From Longimicrobiales bacterium (lineage in GTDB: Bacteria > Gemmatimonadota > Gemmatimonadetes > Longimicrobiales > Gaopeijiaceae), in contig OZ241869.1 in NCBI GenBank assembly GCA_965202805.1, positions 512,001 through 576,000 on the forward strand: a stretch of 64,000 nucleotides of DNA, read 5' to 3'. Of this stretch, positions 20,017-29,924 are shown in pieces. Each line of letters starts with the position of its first letter. Positions within the stretch are counted from its first letter, which is position 1. A program made the translations under genes and the position numbers. Under the pieces are notes generated by a model. It was not told the DNA's origin. It made no database searches and saw nothing but the letters and a program-made list of their open reading frames with translations.

Positions 20017-20268
20017 GGTCACGCTCCGCTGAGGTATGAAAAGGGTCTGGGACGCGGACCGCGCGCCCCGGGATTCCGGTTGGGCCAATGGGAGGTCTGC
20101 GGGAACGCAGACGAGGGGAGGACCCGCGGGTGCCGCGGACCCCCGAAAAGAGAAGCGGCCAGGTTCCCGGAGACACTTCGTCCGGGTCCTGGCCGGAGAC
20201 ACCTCCGCCCGGGGACAACGGCCCTCATGGGGCGATCCTGAGCGGGTCAACCATGTTCAGCACGAGGG

Positions 20269-20314
20269 ACGTTATCAGCGGCTCGCGAGCCTGTCAACCT
20301 CCGGACAGGCTCAT
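20269..20314 (-). promoter_or_regulatory. Putative sigma70 promoter of glnA with an inverted repeat overlapping -35
   Basis: Minus strand reads ATGAGCCTGT-7nt-TTGACA-17nt-TAACGT; inverted repeat GAGCCTGTC-N8-GACAGGCTC spans the -35. Confidence 0.6.
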
Positions 20315-20325
20315 AATCACGGTCA

Positions 20326-21570
20326 TCATGGCGTGTCCTTCCGGACCGCGACATTCTCCGGCAGAAACACGACAAACTCCACCCGTCTGCCCCGCATGCG
20401 CGCGACCCGCAGCCTGCCGCCATCCACCGCGACTTCGTCGCCCGGCCGGGGAACGCGGTGCAGGCTGCCGAAGACGTAGCCCCCGATGGTGTCGGCCGCG
20501 TCGGAGGGCAGTTCCAGCCGCAGCCGCTGGTTGGCCTCGCGCACCGACACGCCTCCCCAGACCCGGACGCTCCCGTCGGCCAGGAGCTGGAATTCGGCGG
20601 GCTCGTGCGCCTCGTGCTCGTCGCGGATCTCTCCCACGATCTCCTCAATGAGGTCCTCGAAGGTCGCCAGTCCCGCGGTGCCGCCGAACTCGTCCAGGAC
20701 GATCGCCATCTTGGCGCCCTTGTCGCGGAGCTCCGGGATGAGTTCCTGAACGGGCCGGGAGACGGGGGCGAAGATCGGCGCGCGGGGCAGATCGCGGATC
20801 TCGGTCACCCCGCTCTGGTCCGCCCGCCACAGGTCGCGCGCCACCAGCACGCCCACGATCCTGTCGAGGGTTCCGGTGTGCACCGGGAGCCGCAGGTGGC
20901 CGTGGTCGAGCATGACCTCCTTGGCCTCTTCCACCGTTGCGCCCGCGTCGATCGCGACGATGTCGGTGCGCGGCGTCATGACCTCTCCCACCGGCACCTC
21001 GCCCAGGCGCATGACGTTGGACACGACCTGCCATTCGTCTTCCGCCAGAGTTCCGGTGGTCCACGCCATCCGCGCCATCACCTCGATCTCCTCGCGGCTG
21101 ATCCCGGGGTTCTTCCCGGATCCCTGGATCAGCTTCTGCAGCCACGAGAGCGGCACGACCAGCGGGCTCATCGAGAAGGTGAGCGCCTTCAGCACGTAGG
21201 CCGACGACGGGGCGAGCTGGTTGCAGAAGCGGGCCCCGGCAGTCTTGGGGATGATCTCTGAGAAGACCAGGATGGCGAAGGTGAACACGCCCGAGAAGGC
21301 AGCCACCCAGGCGCTGCCGAAGAGCTCGAAGGCGAGCGACCCGGCGAACGCCGCGCCCGCGGTATGGGCCACGGTGTTCAGCGTGAGGATGGCCGCGATC
21401 GGCTTGTCGATGTGGCTCTTGAGCTCGTGCAGGAGGCGGCCGGAGCGTCGACCCTCGGCGCGCCGCAGCTCGACGTAGCTGGTGTCGATGGACAGGAGCA
21501 CGGCCTCGAGAATCGAACAGAGCCCGGAGACGGCTAGCGTTGCGATCAGGGTCGCGATCAGGATCGTCAT
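20326..21570 (-). CDS. Hemolysin-family / CNNM (DUF21-CBS-CorC) membrane protein
   Basis: SEIIPKT, VMTPRTDI, VLDEFGGTAGL.TFEDLIEEIVGEI and DTIGGYV motifs. Confidence 0.88.
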   Translation of the reverse strand: MTILIATLIATLAVSGLCSILEAVLLSIDTSYVELRRAEGRRSGRLLHELKSHIDKPIAAILTLNTVAHTAGAAFAGSLAFELFGSAWVAAFSGVFTFAILVFSEIIPKTAGARFCNQLAPSSAYVLKALTFSMSPLVVPLSWLQKLIQGSGKNPGISREEIEVMARMAWTTGTLAEDEWQVVSNVMRLGEVPVGEVMTPRTDIVAIDAGATVEEAKEVMLDHGHLRLPVHTGTLDRIVGVLVARDLWRADQSGVTEIRDLPRAPIFAPVSRPVQELIPELRDKGAKMAIVLDEFGGTAGLATFEDLIEEIVGEIRDEHEAHEPAEFQLLADGSVRVWGGVSVREANQRLRLELPSDAADTIGGYVFGSLHRVPRPGDEVAVDGGRLRVARMRGRRVEFVVFLPENVAVRKDTP

Positions 21571-21664
21571 CGTACCGATGATCGCAGTTTGGAAGTACGG
21601 GTGCAAACCCCGCGGGCCGCGGGTGCCACCTTCCATTTGGCGTGCGCCGGACCGAAATTCAGAA

Positions 21665-22798
21665 ATGAGCCGAACACGGCCCGTCCCCACCGATTCCCCA
21701 GGCCCCCCTTCGCCGCGGCGAAGGGCCGAGCGGCTGGCCCCCGAGGTCTTCGGGCTGCCCGTGATGGCGATGCGGGCCGGCCATTACACCGACCAGTACT
21801 TCAACTGGACACGCCGGGTGCTCGAGGCCGAGGGGCGCGCGCCCTCCGTGACCATGCAGGTCTTTCAGAAGAAGGATGTCCTGCTGGCGGGTACCGACGA
21901 GGCCGTGGCGATGCTCAGGCTGTGCCTGGCGGACGGGTACCGGTGGGAGGACCTCGAGGTTTGGTCGCTCGGCGACGGGGACCGGGCGGCCCCCCTCGAG
22001 TCGGTGATGCACGTGCGCGGTCCCTACCCGGCCTACGCCCATCTCGAGACCCTCTACCTGGGCGCGCTCGCGCGGGGCACCCGGGTGGCCACCGGCACCC
22101 GCAGGGCGGTGGAGGCGGCCTGGCCGCTTCCGGTGCTGTACTTCGCCGCGCGCCACGACCACTGGGCGGTGCAGATGGCCGACGGCTGGGCGGCGCATGT
22201 GGCCGGAGCGGCCGGCGTCTCCACCGACGCGCAGGGGGCGTGGTGGGGCGGGCGGGGAGAGGGGACGCTGCCGCACGCGCTGATCGCGGCGTACTCGGGA
22301 GACACGGTCGCCGCCACGAGGGCGCTCGCCCGCCGGGTGCCCGACCCGGTGCGCGTGGTCTCGCTGGTGGACTTCGACAACGACTGCGTGGGGACGGCAC
22401 TGAAGGTGGCGCGCGCGCTCGGCGAGAAGCTGTACGCCGTCCGCCTGGACACGGCAGAGAACATGGTCGACCGGTCGCTCGCGGAGGAAGCACAGGGGGA
22501 AGGCGCGCACGGGAGCGACCTGCGCGGCGTGAACCGCTGGCTCGTGTACAAGGTCCGGGACGCTCTCGACCGGAACGGGTTCGCGCACGTGCGCATCGTC
22601 GTTTCGGGAGGGTTCGACGGCGCGAGGATCCGGCGCTTCCGGGAGGCGGAGGTTCCGGTGGACGCCTTCGGGGTGGGCTCGTCCCTGATCCGCGGCCAGG
22701 TCAACTTTACGGCCGACGTGGTGAGAGTGGGCGGCGAATGGGTCGCCAAGGCGGGACGGAGCTACCGGCCGAACCCCTCGCTCGAGCGGGTGAAGTGA
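21665..22798 (+). CDS. pncB: Nicotinate phosphoribosyltransferase-like (type II PRTase)
   Basis: YTDQYF, ETLYLG, GTLPHALIA, VRLDT, VSGGF and FGVGS motifs; adjacent to a nicotinamidase. Confidence 0.7.
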   Translation: MSRTRPVPTDSPGPPSPRRRAERLAPEVFGLPVMAMRAGHYTDQYFNWTRRVLEAEGRAPSVTMQVFQKKDVLLAGTDEAVAMLRLCLADGYRWEDLEVWSLGDGDRAAPLESVMHVRGPYPAYAHLETLYLGALARGTRVATGTRRAVEAAWPLPVLYFAARHDHWAVQMADGWAAHVAGAAGVSTDAQGAWWGGRGEGTLPHALIAAYSGDTVAATRALARRVPDPVRVVSLVDFDNDCVGTALKVARALGEKLYAVRLDTAENMVDRSLAEEAQGEGAHGSDLRGVNRWLVYKVRDALDRNGFAHVRIVVSGGFDGARIRRFREAEVPVDAFGVGSSLIRGQVNFTADVVRVGGEWVAKAGRSYRPNPSLERVK

Positions 22799-22867
22799 CG
22801 GTCCGGTGCGGAGTGGAACCGTGAACACGGGGCTGACGACGGACGTTCATCGGCGGGGAAGACAGGG

Positions 22868-23641
22868 ATGACGCGTATCGGATGGGTGGTGGACGTGCAG
22901 CGGGACTTCATGGAACCGGACGGGCGGCTCTATGTGCGCGACCTGTTCGACGATCGCGATCCCGGAGCGGTGATGGCCGGGCCCCGGCTGGTCGAGGCCG
23001 TCGAGTGGATGCACGCCCACGCCGACCTGGTGGTGTACACGGCGGACTGGCACGGCTACGACGACGCCGAGATCGATGCCGCGAACCCGGATCCCGGCAA
23101 GGGCACCTACCCGCCGCACTGCATGGGTCGGTCGGCAGATCCCGCGGAGCGCCTCGGCGCGGAGATCATTCCGTCGCTGGCCGCCTCCGATTGCCTTGTG
23201 CTGGAGGTGGGGGCAACACCCGCCGACGTGCGCGCACTGCTGGCGCGCTGGCGCCGCCGGCCCCGGCCGGTGCTCATCCGCAAGAGCCGCTTCGACGTGT
23301 TCGAGGGCAATCGGGCTGCCGACCTCTTCGTGGAGTCGGTCACGCGCGCGCTCGATCCGGTGGAGTTCTTCGTGGCCGGAGTCGCGCGCGACGTGTGCGT
23401 CACGCAGGCCATCGACGGCCTCCAGGCGCGCGGCCACCGGGTCACCGCCATCCGGGACGCCATGTGGGGTCTGGGGCTCGAGGCCGAGGAGGACACCCTC
23501 GCGCGCTGGCGGGGGAAGGGGCGCGTCATCGAGGTGGCCGACCTGCCCCGCGTTGGGGCGGAAGCCGGCGACCCGGGCGGCGGGGTGTGCGCACCGCCGT
23601 CGTCGGCCGCCCATGCGCCCGTGGAGGACCGCCAGACATGA
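22868..23641 (+). CDS. pncA: Isochorismatase-family cysteine hydrolase, probable nicotinamidase
   Basis: VVDVQRDF, DWH, PPHC, RKSRFDVF and GVARDVCV motifs. Confidence 0.75.
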   Translation: MTRIGWVVDVQRDFMEPDGRLYVRDLFDDRDPGAVMAGPRLVEAVEWMHAHADLVVYTADWHGYDDAEIDAANPDPGKGTYPPHCMGRSADPAERLGAEIIPSLAASDCLVLEVGATPADVRALLARWRRRPRPVLIRKSRFDVFEGNRAADLFVESVTRALDPVEFFVAGVARDVCVTQAIDGLQARGHRVTAIRDAMWGLGLEAEEDTLARWRGKGRVIEVADLPRVGAEAGDPGGGVCAPPSSAAHAPVEDRQT

Positions 23642-25689
23642 CGGATGCCGCCGCGCCGCCGGCCTCCGGCTCCCCGCCCACCTTCGCCGGCATCACCGCG
23701 TCCGGCCTGGGGGCGTCCGTGCGCGCGGCGCTGGAGCGCGCCCAGGGGGAGATCGACGACCTCGCCGCCAGCCGCGGGACGCCCGCGACCTACGACGCGA
23801 CCATTCAGCGCCTGGACGACATCGTTCAGTGGGTGGAGGAGGAGCTGGCGCCGGTCACGGTTCTGCTCTCGGTTGCCGAGACGCCCGAGCTGAGACGCGC
23901 CTATAACGCGGTCCTGCCCGAAATCGCGGCGTTCTGGTCGCGGCTCCCGCTGCACCGGGGCCTGTGGGCGGCCGTGCGGAACTTCTCGGCCACTCCGGAG
24001 GCGGAAGCGCTCGGCCCGTTGCGCCGCCGCAACCTCGACAGGCTGATGCACCAGTTCCGGTCCGCCGGGGCCGATCTGGGCGACGAAGCCCGCGGCCGCG
24101 TTCAGGAGATCCGGATCGAGCTGTCCCGGCTGGAACGGCGCTTCTCGGAGAACGTCCTCGATGCCACCGAAGCCTTTCGGCTGCACATCACCGACGACGA
24201 GCGTCCCCGGCTCGACGGGATCCCCGACACGGCGCTGGAGCTGGCCCGCCACAAGGCCCGGGCGAAGGACCTGGACGGCTGGCTGCTGACGCTGGACTTC
24301 CCGTCCTTCGAGCCGGTCCTCAAATATGCCCACGACCGCAAACTGCGCAGGCAGCTCCACCAGGCCTACGTGGGGCGCTGCCGGGACGGCGAGCTGGACA
24401 ACCGCCCGACCATCACGCGCATCCTGGAGCTGAGGCGCGAACTCGCCGGCCTGCTCGGATACGGGGACTTCTCCGACTATCGCCTGGACGACGCCATGGC
24501 GCGCAGCGGCACCCGCGCGTTCGACTTCGTCCGCGACCTGCGCGAGCGCACCCTCCCGTACTGGGAGCGCGATCTGGCGATGATCCGCGAGAAGGCCACC
24601 CGCATGGGGATCGGGTCGCTGAGGCCGTGGGACCTGGCGTACGTGTCGGAGGCGCTCCGGCGCGAGCGTTTCCGGTTCGATGACGAGGTCACGCGGCCCT
24701 GGTTTCCCCTCGACCGGGTGCTGGACGGCCTGTTCGAGATCGTGGAGCGGGTGTTCGCCGTCCGGGTCGAGGAGGTGCCGGCCGGGGACGTCTGGCACGA
24801 GGACGTGCGTTCCTATCGCCTGGTCGCGGAGGACGGCACCCGCCTCGGATCCTTCCACACCGACTGGTTCCCGCGCAGCGGAAAGCGCCAGGGCGCGTGG
24901 ATGGCGACCCTGACCACCGGGGGTCCGCGGCCGGACGGCGACTTCGTGCCCCACACCGGCATGATGGCGGGCAACTTCGCCCCGCCCGTGCCGGGCAAAC
25001 CGGCCCTGCTCACCCACCGGAGCGTCCAGACCATCTTCCACGAGTTCGGGCATCTCCTGCATCACTGCACGTCGCGGGTGCCGCTGCCCTCCCGGTCGGG
25101 GATGCAGGTGCCCTGGGACTGGGTGGAGGTGCCCTCCCAGATCATGGAAAACTGGACCTGGGAGCGTGAGGCGCTGTCCATCTTCTCCGGGCACCACGAG
25201 ACGGGGGAGCCTCTGCCCGACGAGCTGTACCGGCGCATGCTGGCGGCGCGCCGCTTCATGGGCGGCCAGGCGCAGATGAGGCAGCTGGGGTTCGCGACCC
25301 TCGACCTGCGGCTCCATCGCGAGTACGATGGCAGGCAGGAGCTGATGTCGTACGCGGAAGAGGTCATGAGGCCGTTCGTCCTGGATGAGAGCTTCGCCAG
25401 GAGCCACATCCTCACCACCTTCAGCCATCTGTTTTCGGGCGGCTACGCTTCGGCCTACTACAGCTACATGTGGTCCGAGGTGCTGGAGGCGGACGCCTTC
25501 GGGCGGTTCCGCGGGGAAGGGATCCTCTCGCGGGAAACCGGCGCGGCCTTCATGGACACGATCCTGGCGCAGGGGGACAGCCGGGAACCGGACGAGATGT
25601 TCCGCGCCTTCATGGGAAGGGACCCGGATCCGGACGCCCTCCTGAGGCGAAACCTGGGAGAGCTGGACGAGAGCCGGGCGGCGACGTGA
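23638..25689 (+). CDS. prlC: M3-family oligopeptidase A
   Basis: KRQGAWM, FHEFGHLLH, VEVPSQIMENW, GGYASAYYSY and FRAFMGR motifs. Confidence 0.85.
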   Translation: MTDAAAPPASGSPPTFAGITASGLGASVRAALERAQGEIDDLAASRGTPATYDATIQRLDDIVQWVEEELAPVTVLLSVAETPELRRAYNAVLPEIAAFWSRLPLHRGLWAAVRNFSATPEAEALGPLRRRNLDRLMHQFRSAGADLGDEARGRVQEIRIELSRLERRFSENVLDATEAFRLHITDDERPRLDGIPDTALELARHKARAKDLDGWLLTLDFPSFEPVLKYAHDRKLRRQLHQAYVGRCRDGELDNRPTITRILELRRELAGLLGYGDFSDYRLDDAMARSGTRAFDFVRDLRERTLPYWERDLAMIREKATRMGIGSLRPWDLAYVSEALRRERFRFDDEVTRPWFPLDRVLDGLFEIVERVFAVRVEEVPAGDVWHEDVRSYRLVAEDGTRLGSFHTDWFPRSGKRQGAWMATLTTGGPRPDGDFVPHTGMMAGNFAPPVPGKPALLTHRSVQTIFHEFGHLLHHCTSRVPLPSRSGMQVPWDWVEVPSQIMENWTWEREALSIFSGHHETGEPLPDELYRRMLAARRFMGGQAQMRQLGFATLDLRLHREYDGRQELMSYAEEVMRPFVLDESFARSHILTTFSHLFSGGYASAYYSYMWSEVLEADAFGRFRGEGILSRETGAAFMDTILAQGDSREPDEMFRAFMGRDPDPDALLRRNLGELDESRAAT

Positions 25690-25774
25690 GGGGTTGGCGC
25701 CGGTCGGCGGCGGTGGAGGCGACACACGTCCCGCCGGGCGAGTGCCGGCGCGAGGCTGCAACGAGGAGGGAGCG

Positions 25775-26956
25775 ATGAGGTCGATACCACGTGCCGGCGC
25801 CGCGGCGTTTCTGCTGCTCTCGGCCGGGTGTGTCTCCGGGTCCGGAGCCGGCGCGGCCGCGGAGGGTGGCCCGGTGGCCCGTGCGGCCGACCCGGGCGCG
25901 GTGTACTGGCTGTACGTCGGGGCGGAGTCGGCCGACCTGATCCACCGCGTCCGCTTCGACGGCACGCTCACCCTGGAGCAGACCACCATGGTAGGGGAGA
26001 TCCCCACCGAAACCGAGGGGCCCCACGGGCTCCGCATCTCCCCCGACGGCCGCCACCTGTACATGACCACCGGACACGGCTTTCCGGACGGGAAGCTGTG
26101 GAAGTTCGAGGCGGGCGTGGACACCGTCGTCGCGGAGCCCATCCTGCTGGGCTACTTCCCGGCCACCATCGACCTCACCCCGGACGGGCTCTACGCCTTC
26201 GTAGTCAACTTCAACCTGCACGGCGAGCACGTGCCCTCCACCGTCTCGGTGGTCTACACCCCCGACCTGGTCGAGGTCGAGCAGATCGAGACCTGCACCA
26301 TGCCGCACGGCGCGCGCATGGCCCCGGACGGCCTCTTCCTGTACTCCAACTGCATGATGGACGAGCAGGTGGTCGAGATCGACACCCGCACCTTCGAGGT
26401 GGCGCGCAGGTTCTCGGTCGCGCCCGGTCGCGAAGGCCCGCTCGATGCGGAAGGGGTTGCGGGACGCATGGCGGGAGGCATGAGCGGGATGGGCGCTGGA
26501 GCGATGGCGGAGTCTCAGTGCTCGCCCACCTGGGTGCAGCCTTCGCCCGACGGCCTCAGCCTGTACGTCGCCTGCAACGCGGGGAGCCGGATCCTCCACC
26601 TCGACCGGCAGAGCTGGGAGCTGACCCGCGTGCTGCGCGCCGGCACCGGTCCGTACAACCTGGCGATCACGCCCGACGGCCGGATGCTGGTGGCGACGCT
26701 CAAGCAGGGGGCGGGAGTGGAGTTCTTCGACCTCCGCACCGGCGAGAGCCTCGCGCGTGTGCCCACCACGACCACGGTCACGCACGGGGTGGAGGTGTCC
26801 CCCGACTCCCGCTACGCCTTCGTGAGCTCGGAGGGCGTGGGAGCCGAGCCGGGCAAGGTGGACGTGTTCGACCTCTCCGATTTCTCCCGCGTGGGCGACG
26901 TGGAGGTCGGGCAGCAGGCCGGCGGCATCGCCTTCTGGAAGATGGAGCTGCCCTGA
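25775..26956 (+). CDS. YncE/YVTN-type beta-propeller lipoprotein
   Basis: Lipobox LSAGC; repeated PHG/SPDG blades. Confidence 0.75.
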   Translation: MRSIPRAGAAAFLLLSAGCVSGSGAGAAAEGGPVARAADPGAVYWLYVGAESADLIHRVRFDGTLTLEQTTMVGEIPTETEGPHGLRISPDGRHLYMTTGHGFPDGKLWKFEAGVDTVVAEPILLGYFPATIDLTPDGLYAFVVNFNLHGEHVPSTVSVVYTPDLVEVEQIETCTMPHGARMAPDGLFLYSNCMMDEQVVEIDTRTFEVARRFSVAPGREGPLDAEGVAGRMAGGMSGMGAGAMAESQCSPTWVQPSPDGLSLYVACNAGSRILHLDRQSWELTRVLRAGTGPYNLAITPDGRMLVATLKQGAGVEFFDLRTGESLARVPTTTTVTHGVEVSPDSRYAFVSSEGVGAEPGKVDVFDLSDFSRVGDVEVGQQAGGIAFWKMELP

Positions 26957-27143
26957 CGAGTGAAGCTGCCTCCGTCGCGCGCGCTCCCGGCGTCGAGGCT
27001 GGCCGCCGGTTCGGGGTGGTGTCGCCCGCGTTTGCGCGTCGGTTCGGCGCCCGTTTGTTGACGGTCCGAGGTCCCGCGGCAAAGAATCACATCAGCGCCG
27101 GGCGCGAACAGTTCCGGCGCTTCCATACGAAGAGGATGTTCCC

Positions 27144-29924
27144 ATGCGCATGATCACGCGAAATCGTCGGTACTTCCGTGGCCGGGCACTCCCGGGGCCC
27201 GTCTTCCTCCTCCTCGTCCCCGTGTTGTGGGCGTGCGAGGAGATGGCCACCGCCACCCGCGTCACCTCCCCCCTGGAGCAGTTCGGGCACGAGATCGGGG
27301 CCGACTACGTCCTCCCCAACTACGTGGAGCTGACCGAATACTGGGAGCTGCTGGCGTCGGAGTCGGATCGCATGACCCTCGAGTCGATCGGCCGGACCGA
27401 GGAAGGCCGCGAACAGCTGATGGCGACCATCACCTCCCCCGGCAACCACCGCAATCTGGCCCGCTACAAGGACATCGCGGAGCGCATGGCGCACGCCGAA
27501 GGGGTCTCGGAGACCGAGGCCCGGGCGATGGCGGCCGAGGGCAGGGCGGTGGTCTGGATCGACGGCGGCCTGCACGCCAACGAGGTGCTCGGGGCGCAGC
27601 AGCTGATGGAGCTGGTCTACCACCTGGTGAGCAGCACCGACGACGAGACCATGCGCATCCTCGACGACGTGGTGGTGCTGGTGGCGCACGCCAACCCGGA
27701 CGGCCACGACCTGCTCGCCAACTGGTACATGCGCATCGAGACGCCCGAGGAGCGCAGCACGGGCGGCGTCCCGGTTCTCTACCAGAAGTACGCGGGCCAC
27801 GACAACAACCGCGACTTCTACATGTCGGCGCTCGCCGAGACCACCAACGTCAACCGCATCATCGCGCGCGAGTGGTTCCCCCAGATCGTCTACAACCACC
27901 ACCAGACCGGCCCGCTGGGCACGGTCATGTTCGCGCCGCCCTTCCGCGATCCGCCCAACCACTACCTCGATCCGCTCATCCTCACCGGCCTCGACCAGGT
28001 CGGCTCGGCGATGCACCAGCGCTTCGTGCTGGAAGGGAAGGGGGGCACGACCATGCGCAGCGGGGCGAGCTACTCGACCTGGTGGAACGGCGGCCTGCGC
28101 ACGACGCCCTACTTCAAGAACCAGATCGGGCTGCTGACCGAGACCATCGGCAACCCGACGCCCATTGCGATCCCCTTCCTCCCCCGGCGCCAGTTGCCCC
28201 ACGGCGATCTGCCGCTGCCGGTGGAGCCCGGCGTGTGGCACTTCCGCCAGTCGGTCGACTACTCGATGACCGCCAACCTCGCGGTGCTCGACTTCGCCTC
28301 GCGCAACAAGGACCACCTGCTGTTCAACATCTGGCGCATGGGCACCAACTCCATCGAGCGCGGCAGCCGCGACCACTGGACAGTGCTGCCCTTCGAGATC
28401 GACGAGGCCAGCGAAACGATCGCGCGCATGGGCTCGCGCGATGACTACGAGCGGCTTCTGAGGGATCCCGCCGACCGCGATCCGCGCGGCTTCATCCTGC
28501 CCTCCGACCAGCCGGACTTCCCGACGGCGACCAGGTTCGTGAACGCGCTGCTGAAGGGCGGAGTGCAGGTGCATCGGGCGACCGCCGATTTCGAGGTCGG
28601 AGGCACGAGCTATCCCGCCGGGTCCTGGGTGGTGCTGGCCGCGCAGGCGTTCCGGCCCCACGTCCTCGACATGTTCGAGCCGCAGAACCACCCCAACGAC
28701 TTCCCCTATCCGGGCGCGCCCCCGACGGCTCCGTACGACAACGCCGGGTGGACCCTGGCCTACCAGATGGGCGTCGAGTTCGACCGCATTCTGGACGGCT
28801 TCGACGGCCCCTTCGAGCCCATCGAGTGGCTGGCCGAGACGCCCGCGGGCATGGTCGCGGGAGCGGCCGACGCCGCCGGCTACCTGGTCAGCCACGACGC
28901 CAACGACGCCTTCGTGGTCGTCAACCGCGTGCTCGCGGCGGGCGGGAGCGTTCACTGGATGAGGGATGACTTCCAGGCGGGCGGAGCGGAGCACCCGGCG
29001 GGGACGTTCTTCGTTTCCGGCGCCGGGGCGGACGAGACTTCCGTGAGCGCGATGGCCGCGGAGCTGGGCATCGACTTCGCCGGTGTGGAGTCGGCGCCTG
29101 CCGGACGCGCCTTCGAGCTTACCGCCCCGAGGATCGCGCTCGGCGACTTCTACGGCGGTTCGATGCCGTCGGGGTGGACGCGCATGATCCTCGAGGACTT
29201 CGAGTTCGACTTCGATGTGGTCTTCCCGCCCGACCTCGACCGGGGCGACCTGATCGACAGGTTCGACGTGCTGGTGCTCGAGGACGGCGCGGTCCCGCTG
29301 CCCGGACGCGACGCCGGCAGGACCATGCTGCCCGAGTTCGCGGCTACCGTGCCGGACGAATACCGCGGCCGCATCGGAGCCTTCAGCTCGGCGACCACGG
29401 TGCCGGCCGTGCTCGACTTCATCCGCGCCGGGGGGACGGTGGTGGCCATCGGCAGCTCGACCGCGCTGGCCTACCATGCGGGGCTGCCGGTTCGCGACTA
29501 CCTGGTCGGAGCCGACGGTCAGCCGCTGCCTTCCGAGGAGTACTACGTGCCCGGCTCGGTGCTCGATCTCCGCGTGGACGGCACCCATCCGCTGGCTGCC
29601 GGCGTCGGCGAGCGGGCCAACGTGCTCTTCAGCCGCAGCCCGGTGTTCGGTCTTCAGGGCGCCGCGGCGGGGGTGACGCCGGTCGGGTGGTTCGACACCG
29701 ATGCGCCGCTGCGCAGCGGATGGGCCTGGGGCCAGCACCACCTGGAGGACGGGGTCTCGATCGCCGACGCCCGGGTGGGCGAGGGACGCCTGCTCCTGTT
29801 CGGTCCCAAGATCACCTTCCGCGCCCAGTCGCACGGGACCTTCCCGTTCCTGTTCAACGGCATCCACTACGGGGCGGCCCGCGAAGTCATCCTGCCGAAC
29901 GCCATGTTGGCGGGTGGAGGATGA
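27144..29924 (+). CDS. M14-family zinc carboxypeptidase (secreted or lipoprotein)
   Basis: GLHANE, NPDG, HDNNRD and YNHHQ motifs. Confidence 0.85.
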   Translation: MRMITRNRRYFRGRALPGPVFLLLVPVLWACEEMATATRVTSPLEQFGHEIGADYVLPNYVELTEYWELLASESDRMTLESIGRTEEGREQLMATITSPGNHRNLARYKDIAERMAHAEGVSETEARAMAAEGRAVVWIDGGLHANEVLGAQQLMELVYHLVSSTDDETMRILDDVVVLVAHANPDGHDLLANWYMRIETPEERSTGGVPVLYQKYAGHDNNRDFYMSALAETTNVNRIIAREWFPQIVYNHHQTGPLGTVMFAPPFRDPPNHYLDPLILTGLDQVGSAMHQRFVLEGKGGTTMRSGASYSTWWNGGLRTTPYFKNQIGLLTETIGNPTPIAIPFLPRRQLPHGDLPLPVEPGVWHFRQSVDYSMTANLAVLDFASRNKDHLLFNIWRMGTNSIERGSRDHWTVLPFEIDEASETIARMGSRDDYERLLRDPADRDPRGFILPSDQPDFPTATRFVNALLKGGVQVHRATADFEVGGTSYPAGSWVVLAAQAFRPHVLDMFEPQNHPNDFPYPGAPPTAPYDNAGWTLAYQMGVEFDRILDGFDGPFEPIEWLAETPAGMVAGAADAAGYLVSHDANDAFVVVNRVLAAGGSVHWMRDDFQAGGAEHPAGTFFVSGAGADETSVSAMAAELGIDFAGVESAPAGRAFELTAPRIALGDFYGGSMPSGWTRMILEDFEFDFDVVFPPDLDRGDLIDRFDVLVLEDGAVPLPGRDAGRTMLPEFAATVPDEYRGRIGAFSSATTVPAVLDFIRAGGTVVAIGSSTALAYHAGLPVRDYLVGADGQPLPSEEYYVPGSVLDLRVDGTHPLAAGVGERANVLFSRSPVFGLQGAAAGVTPVGWFDTDAPLRSGWAWGQHHLEDGVSIADARVGEGRLLLFGPKITFRAQSHGTFPFLFNGIHYGAAREVILPNAMLAGGG

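Noticed and set aside
20212..20226. ACAACGG hairpin resembling an ANTAR-binding loop near glnA
   Set aside because: It lies on the strand opposite the glnA transcript and has no second partner hairpin.
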